Shown here: positions 57,648 through 64,000 of the stretch, piece by piece
Numbering within the stretch: position 1 is the stretch's first letter
Layout of the letters: every line of letters starts with the position of its first letter
NCBI GenBank assembly: GCA_036172245.1
Contig: JAYWIR010000079.1
Span: forward strand, 1-64,000
Reading direction: 5' to 3'
DNA: 64,000 nucleotides
Origin: Raillietiella orientalis
Taxonomy: Eukaryota
Position numbers and translations under genes: made by a program
The notes under the pieces: model-generated
What the model saw: the letters and a program-made list of their open reading frames with translations, nothing else
Databases searched by the model: none
Told to the model about the DNA's origin: nothing

Positions 57648-59785
57648 TTATGCTTTTCTGTGCAATTTAATGATTCCTTCTTTCATATTCTTGAAAGATA
57701 AATAGTCATCCCTAATGGGATTTGCATGAAATTCTAGGATGTAATGGCACTTGGTAATAATCTCTTTCACAGTGGATAAGGTCCCTTCAAAATGAAGTAT
57801 TTTATAACATGCCTGTGGTGTATAGCACACAAGACGAAAGGTAGCACAAGCTTTTTCCTCTTCCAATTCACAAGCCACCACATTGTCTATGTTGAAAGAA
57901 AACTGTTTCAAAAATGGGAAAAACAAACTCTTCCCTTTCAAGCTGATTGGCACAATTTCAATCTTCTGTTCAGAAATTACTAATAAACCAAAAGTTAATT
58001 GCAAGTAAATATGCAGAGAACTTACTAAAATTCACTGGTACTCTAGATTTCAGTCGATGCAATTGGACAACAGAAAAACTCTTCTTCTCATGTATGTTCC
58101 AGCTATTTGCATTAGATAGATCACAATTTTCAGGTAAATCATTACGCCGACCTAAAATGGATATGACAGTACAGGCAAGCGCATTCGAGTTGCTTAACTG
58201 TGTTTCCTCACAATGCAGAAATATGTGGTCTCCAAATCAGATAAATGGGTTTCTGGGGGAATCTCCACTCCTGGAACATCCTTTCTTTCTATCTGATATT
58301 CTACTTCTGCAACAAAAAAAATGAATACTTGTTTGTTGCATTTGATAGTATACTCACTTGTTCCCTTTGTATTAGATAAGTACTCTTGAAGAATTTTTTC
58401 CAAAAGTTTTTTTATAGATGTAATTCCATCATTAATGCAAATCATCACCTCATCCCCAGCAGGCAGCACTCTGTCTAAACAATGAGTATAAGTATTGTAA
58501 TTTAATACCTTAATCATACACTGTGACGTAGGCATGGTACTGTTGAAGAGCCTCTGCTTCACTGGAACTTTCCTCTACCAGAGCATATGTACTGAATCCA
58601 AATTTAGACACCATTTCTTTCCTTTCTAAGGCAGGAAAATCATAATCCACTTCTCCACTATCCTCAGCAATGAATAAACTATAATGATATACCTGTGGCC
58701 TACAAGAGTTCTGCATTAACACACCATAGTTTGATATGATTGACTCTACACTTTCAATTTTCCATGCAATAAAATTAATCTTAATTTACTTAAGAGGAGG
58801 CTGACTTTCTTCTTTTGTGTATTTCCAACAAATCAACCCTATCAAGTCTTGAACTCTAGCATTACATGTAATGGCAACTTGCATTGGATACTGTTGTTTG
58901 TCAAAAGGCAACATTGTCAGAAAAACAGCAAATTTTCGAACAGGCAGGCCAACTACAACCTATTAATTTTCTTCATCATCATCATTACCTCAGAATAGAC
59001 AAAACAACTCACACTTCCATCAAACTTTGAATATTCTTGGAATGGATTGGTTGGAAGGCAATTTTCATCACTTAAAAGCTTTGTCAATACAGATTCTTGA
59101 AGTTTGGGAGTAACAGCTTTTTTTGAAAACATTTCCTGCAGCACTTCCTCTGTAAAACAAGATTATAAAAATGAATAGCAATGCAGCCAAATCCATTAAA
59201 AACTTCAATCTGAAAGAAACGGTCATGCCAAAACCCTTGGTAATTTTATTTATTTGCTTATAATTATAGTGTTCTACCTGAAACTGGCTCGTTTGTTTCT
59301 TTCCAAAAAATGTGCTGTGCATTGGCTGCTGCTGTTTTTTCTTGCTTCAACTTTTCCAACCGTATTGCTGTATTTGATCGCCTCCTTGGATTATGATAAT
59401 CCATGTCTAGTACACCAAACAGAAATTCCATTTATGAAATTAATATTTTGTTCATATATTTTAATCACCTGTCCTAATATCATACGAAAATGATTCTGTT
59501 CCATCATGGGCGCTTTTTTCATTTCCTTCGGAATACGATATAATTCCTAAAGTCTCATCATTTGGAATTGGCAAATCATTATTGGACATAAGCAGCTCGC
59601 AAACTCCTGAATCAGGAAAAACAAATTACTTTTAATTATGTTATAATAGCTATAACAACTTCTTGTATAAACATAATCAGTGAATCATTAAATTTATCAA
59701 AATCAACTTCACCTGTATCGTCGCTGGTCACATAAGAATTTCGGATATGATGTAAAAGCCAGTATTTATTATCAAAAAAAGCCAT
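57648..59785 (-). CDS. MAPKAP1: TORC2 subunit SIN1 (MAPKAP1), multi-exon
   Basis: Exon 1 MAFFDNKYWLLHHIRNSYVTSDDTG matches the known SIN1 N-terminus. Also RRRSNTAIRLEKL, NPFQEYSKFDG, ARVQDLIGLICWKY, IAEDSGEVDYDFPALE (CRIM region) and a C-terminal PH-like exon ending at 57648. Confidence 0.94.
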
Positions 59786-62700
59786 GAAAACAACAACTAC
59801 GGAAACAACTTTCGGCGCACATCTGCAAATTTATAAGTAACATATTAAAAGTGTTACTTAATCTACACTTGTATTATAATGTGCAATTCTAACGTAGCAT
59901 TACTGATTGTTTTCCATTCGTTTTACCACATCTTTTTAAAATGAAAATGTCAGTAAATCGAATTTTTAATCAGGCCTCACTGTCATCTTGAACCACACAG
60001 TTGAAAACTGAACCTGAATTTCTTACTTTTGATTAAAAGTTAATATAATATCTTCTGCATCTTTAGTTAATTTTTTGCACTTCTGATACTCAATTATGAA
60101 CCTCACAAGGTTTATGGACACAAGTTGTGATATTTGCGGTCCAAATTTGAAGCCTTCACTTTAATGTTTAGATTTCCAGTTTATCCCGCTGAAAACAAAT
60201 TGAATGGATGGTCTCCATTCCATTCAGTGAAAATTAGTGTGCAGAAGGCATTATTAGTGATGGCATTAATAGTAAAAAAAGCAAAGTGGAAATATCAACT
60301 GATATAGTAGTGAACCAGCACAAATTGCTAGGAAAGTCGATATTGTTCATTCGAGGATTCTAGTTTTTACTTCGAATTTTCAAGCATTCTGTAAAGCGAA
60401 GCAATTGATATTCTTGATGGAAAGCGATATTCTCATATATATTTATTAAAATTGCTTTCATACTGCACATAGCTCTATTCTTATGACCTCTTAGGAATGC
60501 TTTCATTTCTGTGTTTTCGAATGCATTTGATTTAAAGTGTGTGTTGCTTGAGAAAAGTAGAGAGAATCGTAAAACGTCTTTCATTTTCTCATGAGCATAT
60601 TACTGACTGAGTAATTGCATATAGTATCAAGTGCGTCCAAAAACTGGTCATTTCATTTGTTTGGCTTGGAAATATGCATTTATGATAGTCAACTGTTTTT
60701 TTCTGCACAAGATTCCTTAAGAATTTATTTTTTAATGATGTTTTCAACAATTATCATTTTTCTTGCAAATCTGAAACTAAACAACTGTCAACAAGGAATA
60801 CAGGCTCTAATTAAATATCATTTATCTTCAAAAAGATTAGAACAGTTGGACAGCGTATTCTAAAAATACCTTGGTTGCTCATTTCAACATAAGTAATAAG
60901 CTGTTCCATTAGATAAATGCAAGCGGGTCTTCTATATTATTTTGCATTGTTCTGGACACTAATATCCTTTAAACAACTGGAAACTCTTGCCATCAGTTGT
61001 TCCCTACTCGTTACATTTTTTATTTATATTCTGGAATCTTAAAATGCTTTCTTATTGTGATGGGAGCTGGAAGTCACTTGTAAAATTTTCTTATCTAATG
61101 ACTGTTTTCCGAATTTATTTCATTTCTTGCTGTGAGTTCAAAAAGAATTGAGCAGCTCAGAGATTTACAGCAATCTGATTTCCTTTTAATTCTTTCTATC
61201 TGGTTTCCCGGACCTAATTTCAGTCGTGATTTGAGCAGGTAGCAAAATGCATTTGTAACGTATCGACATTTGTAACCTATCGATCGATTTATCTGAAGGA
61301 AACTTCATTTTCAAAACTTCATTATCTCTCATACAGGTAGAATCATCTTCCTTTTGTATTTTGCCTATGGTTATAAGAAATTGAAGTATCTTTAATATGA
61401 AACAGGATTTGTTCGTGCAAACCACTGTGACAGTCTTGAATCCACTTTTTGAATTCTGAGACATTTTTCAGATGGATTAAGCCTTGAATTTTAGCAAGTG
61501 TTACATTTAAAACTGCTTTCTGGAAAGAAACTGGAAATTGTACCACAGTGGCACTTTAATATTCATCATAAACAGTGATGCAAATTGTACAAAATAGAGA
61601 ATAAATTAATTAATTTTGAAATGCGGTAACTCATAACGGGTAACTATCTGTTTTTGTATTTTCCCATTTACTGCTTTTCCTACTGAATAAATGCTTAGGA
61701 ACACTCGAAATCACTTTCGATTTTTGTGAATTAATCGCAGACATTTTCCTTTTTTTTGGATAGCTTGTTGGGGTAACTACAATAATTTTCCTCATTCATT
61801 CACTTTATATAATTTACGCTCCATTTCTTCATTTTGTTCCTACTTGCTCCATTATTTTCTTCAGTGTTTTGGAGAGTTATCAAAATATTTCAGAAACATT
61901 TTTTTGTTTTTCTTTCTTTCTTTCCTTGAGGTGTTCTTACTAAACGATCTACTTTCATCTGTATTGTCCAGTATCCTAAAGGACTTTTCAACTTACGTAG
62001 GATTTGATCTTTTCAATATTGCTAATGACCAAACTTCAACACTGAGAGCAAGTAATGCAAAGAATCACACAAGCTTTGAAATCTACTAGAATCGAAATCG
62101 AAGTGGCAGTTAAGTTTTTCATGGCCATAATATTCTGAAGTTCGCGAAGATTGTTTGACTGGTCGCATGCATGATTATAAAGTGGGTTGTGGACTTTGTT
62201 ACCACATTACAGAGAAATCTGGGTAACTCAGTTTTTCTTTATCTAATCTTTCCAAGGCACTCATCAGAGATGCAACTGAGAAGTGAGATTTCGGTTTAAC
62301 ATAACAGCAGGCAAAATGAAACTATGACCTCTGACATTAAGCCTACCAGGGCGGAAAATATTCAACAGTCAAATTTGCATTCATGAACACGTAAACAGAT
62401 TAGAACCGTAAGAATACAGAGATTTATAATTGCAACCTAAGGGATATCAAGAAGACTAAACAAAATTCAACAAAAAGGAAAACATATTATTATTCATTAA
62501 TGTCCAACAAAAGTTCATCTATTGTTGGTCACTATGTCCTTTAATGAGTCTCAGAATAATAAACCGGCTCTAAAAAGAAATCATCTGATACCGATGGAAA
62601 AGTTACGAAGAATTTTTTCCATTAAAAAAGAATTTAATATTTTATATTTTTGGATTGCCGCGTGTTTGCGGAAGGTGGGCAAAGAACATAGGAGAGTTTA

Positions 62701-64000
62701 TTGATTTGAAGTCGATATTGATTCTTAAAGGGTCATGAATCCAATGAAGAATTTCTTTTTTTTTTCTTTCTTTCTTGTGAGAAAAGTGCTTCGATCACTG
62801 ATTTTGTTCCAATACTGAAGATAGGAGGATTCTTCAAATGGGAAAACATATATTTAGAATTTCTATCGGGAAAGTCTAATTATAGCGGTAGAAAAATACG
62901 ACTATGCTTCTTTGGATTGCCAGAGAACGTGTTCAAAAAATCGTACCAAACATCACTAGAGTAGCAGTAACCTTACAAGATAGTATCGAGAGTCCCACTC
63001 CTCAGAAAACGATTTCGTCTTGCACATGATAATGCATTTTACCAAAGAAAACTTCGAAATGCCAAATTAAGATGCCTAGAATTCTGAAAATACTTAGATA
63101 AGGGCAACTATTATATTCGATCGAATTAACATGTTCTGGTTTCCGATAGTTCTGCTGATTATGAGATGAACGTAGCACTCCAGGGAATTGTTGGAGACTG
63201 TAGAAATTAGGAACTTCTTTGAGACATTCAGATGACAGCAAAGCAAATTCAGTACGGATGCAACGAAAAGTCTCCGTGGGAAGACACTGCTGTTTTGAAA
63301 TCGAAACAGATCAAAATGAACCATAACAAAAATCAAATGAGTCTCTTGCAGAAGCGAAGGATTATGTTAGTAGATGTATGATTGGTTTTGGTTCCTGTTT
63401 GCTTCATTGGATTCCCATTCTAACTTTCCAGCTCGGAATTTCAAAAAACTCAAATGTGTTGATGGAGATTGCAGAAAGCTGTCTAAACACCCAGAATGAA
63501 AAAGCCCATTTTTTCCCTCCCACCTATCGCGTTGCCTTCCTGGAAGACGTAAACTGCACATGAAATGTAATTCATCCAGAGTTCCTCCCCCAAGCATCTG
63601 ATTATTGTTCAGTTTAAAGAATCCATGGCCGAAGAATCCAAGAAATCCCTGCTTGTTTGGGAAAGGGAGAGAATTTTGTGGCTGACTGAATCAGTAGCAA
63701 AGTTCAGAGTGCTGAGCATGTAGAAAATTGCAGTAACCTTGTACTTAGCCTCCATTGCCTGCTCTTTTGTTACCATGGAATAGGGGGTAATTTTTTTGAA
63801 AATTAGGATTATTATCTAATTATGAAACGGAACGGCATTCCTCGGTGTTCAGCACACACCACAAATAATTGCCTGCAAATCAGTCAAAGAAAAGCTCTCA
63901 ACCCCGATCCGTAAGGTCGTGAAGTGTGTAGCATTTCGAATTTTGACTTCAGTAGATCGTAGGTTCTGCTTCCGATTCCCTATCTAATTCGGTATAAGCA

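Noticed and set aside
60600..62130. Possible minus-strand gene upstream of SIN1
   Set aside because: All frames are interrupted by frequent stops, with no consistent exon chain or recognisable motif.

Overview
Eukaryotic, AT-rich, intron-containing invertebrate DNA. Many introns are only 40-60 nt with mixed CAG/TAG/AAG acceptors, and one gene pair looks operon-like. This suggests a nematode outside the C. elegans-like TTTCAG group, which is an inference only. From left to right: a 5'-truncated, frame-intact L1/Tx1-type reverse transcriptase (1-1092, minus); the 3' part of a tau-tubulin kinase/Asator-like gene (9857-15235, plus; its first exons were not found in the window); a GC-richer island with an unexplained 444-472-codon intronless ORF (16481-17899); a complete LRRK/lrk-1 ROCO kinase gene (20638-41808, minus); a second GC-rich island bounded by 22-nt hairpin direct repeats (45046-47800); mitochondrial malate dehydrogenase followed 189 nt later by a DDX55/Spb4 helicase (candidate operon); and the TORC2 subunit SIN1 (minus). 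The most striking observation is that the LRRK kinase carries DYS in place of DYG, the position equivalent to human LRRK2 G2019S. Several near-perfect long hairpins also lie in introns and intergenic DNA. Exon boundaries were read by eye from GT/AG sites and reading-frame continuity; no searches were run.
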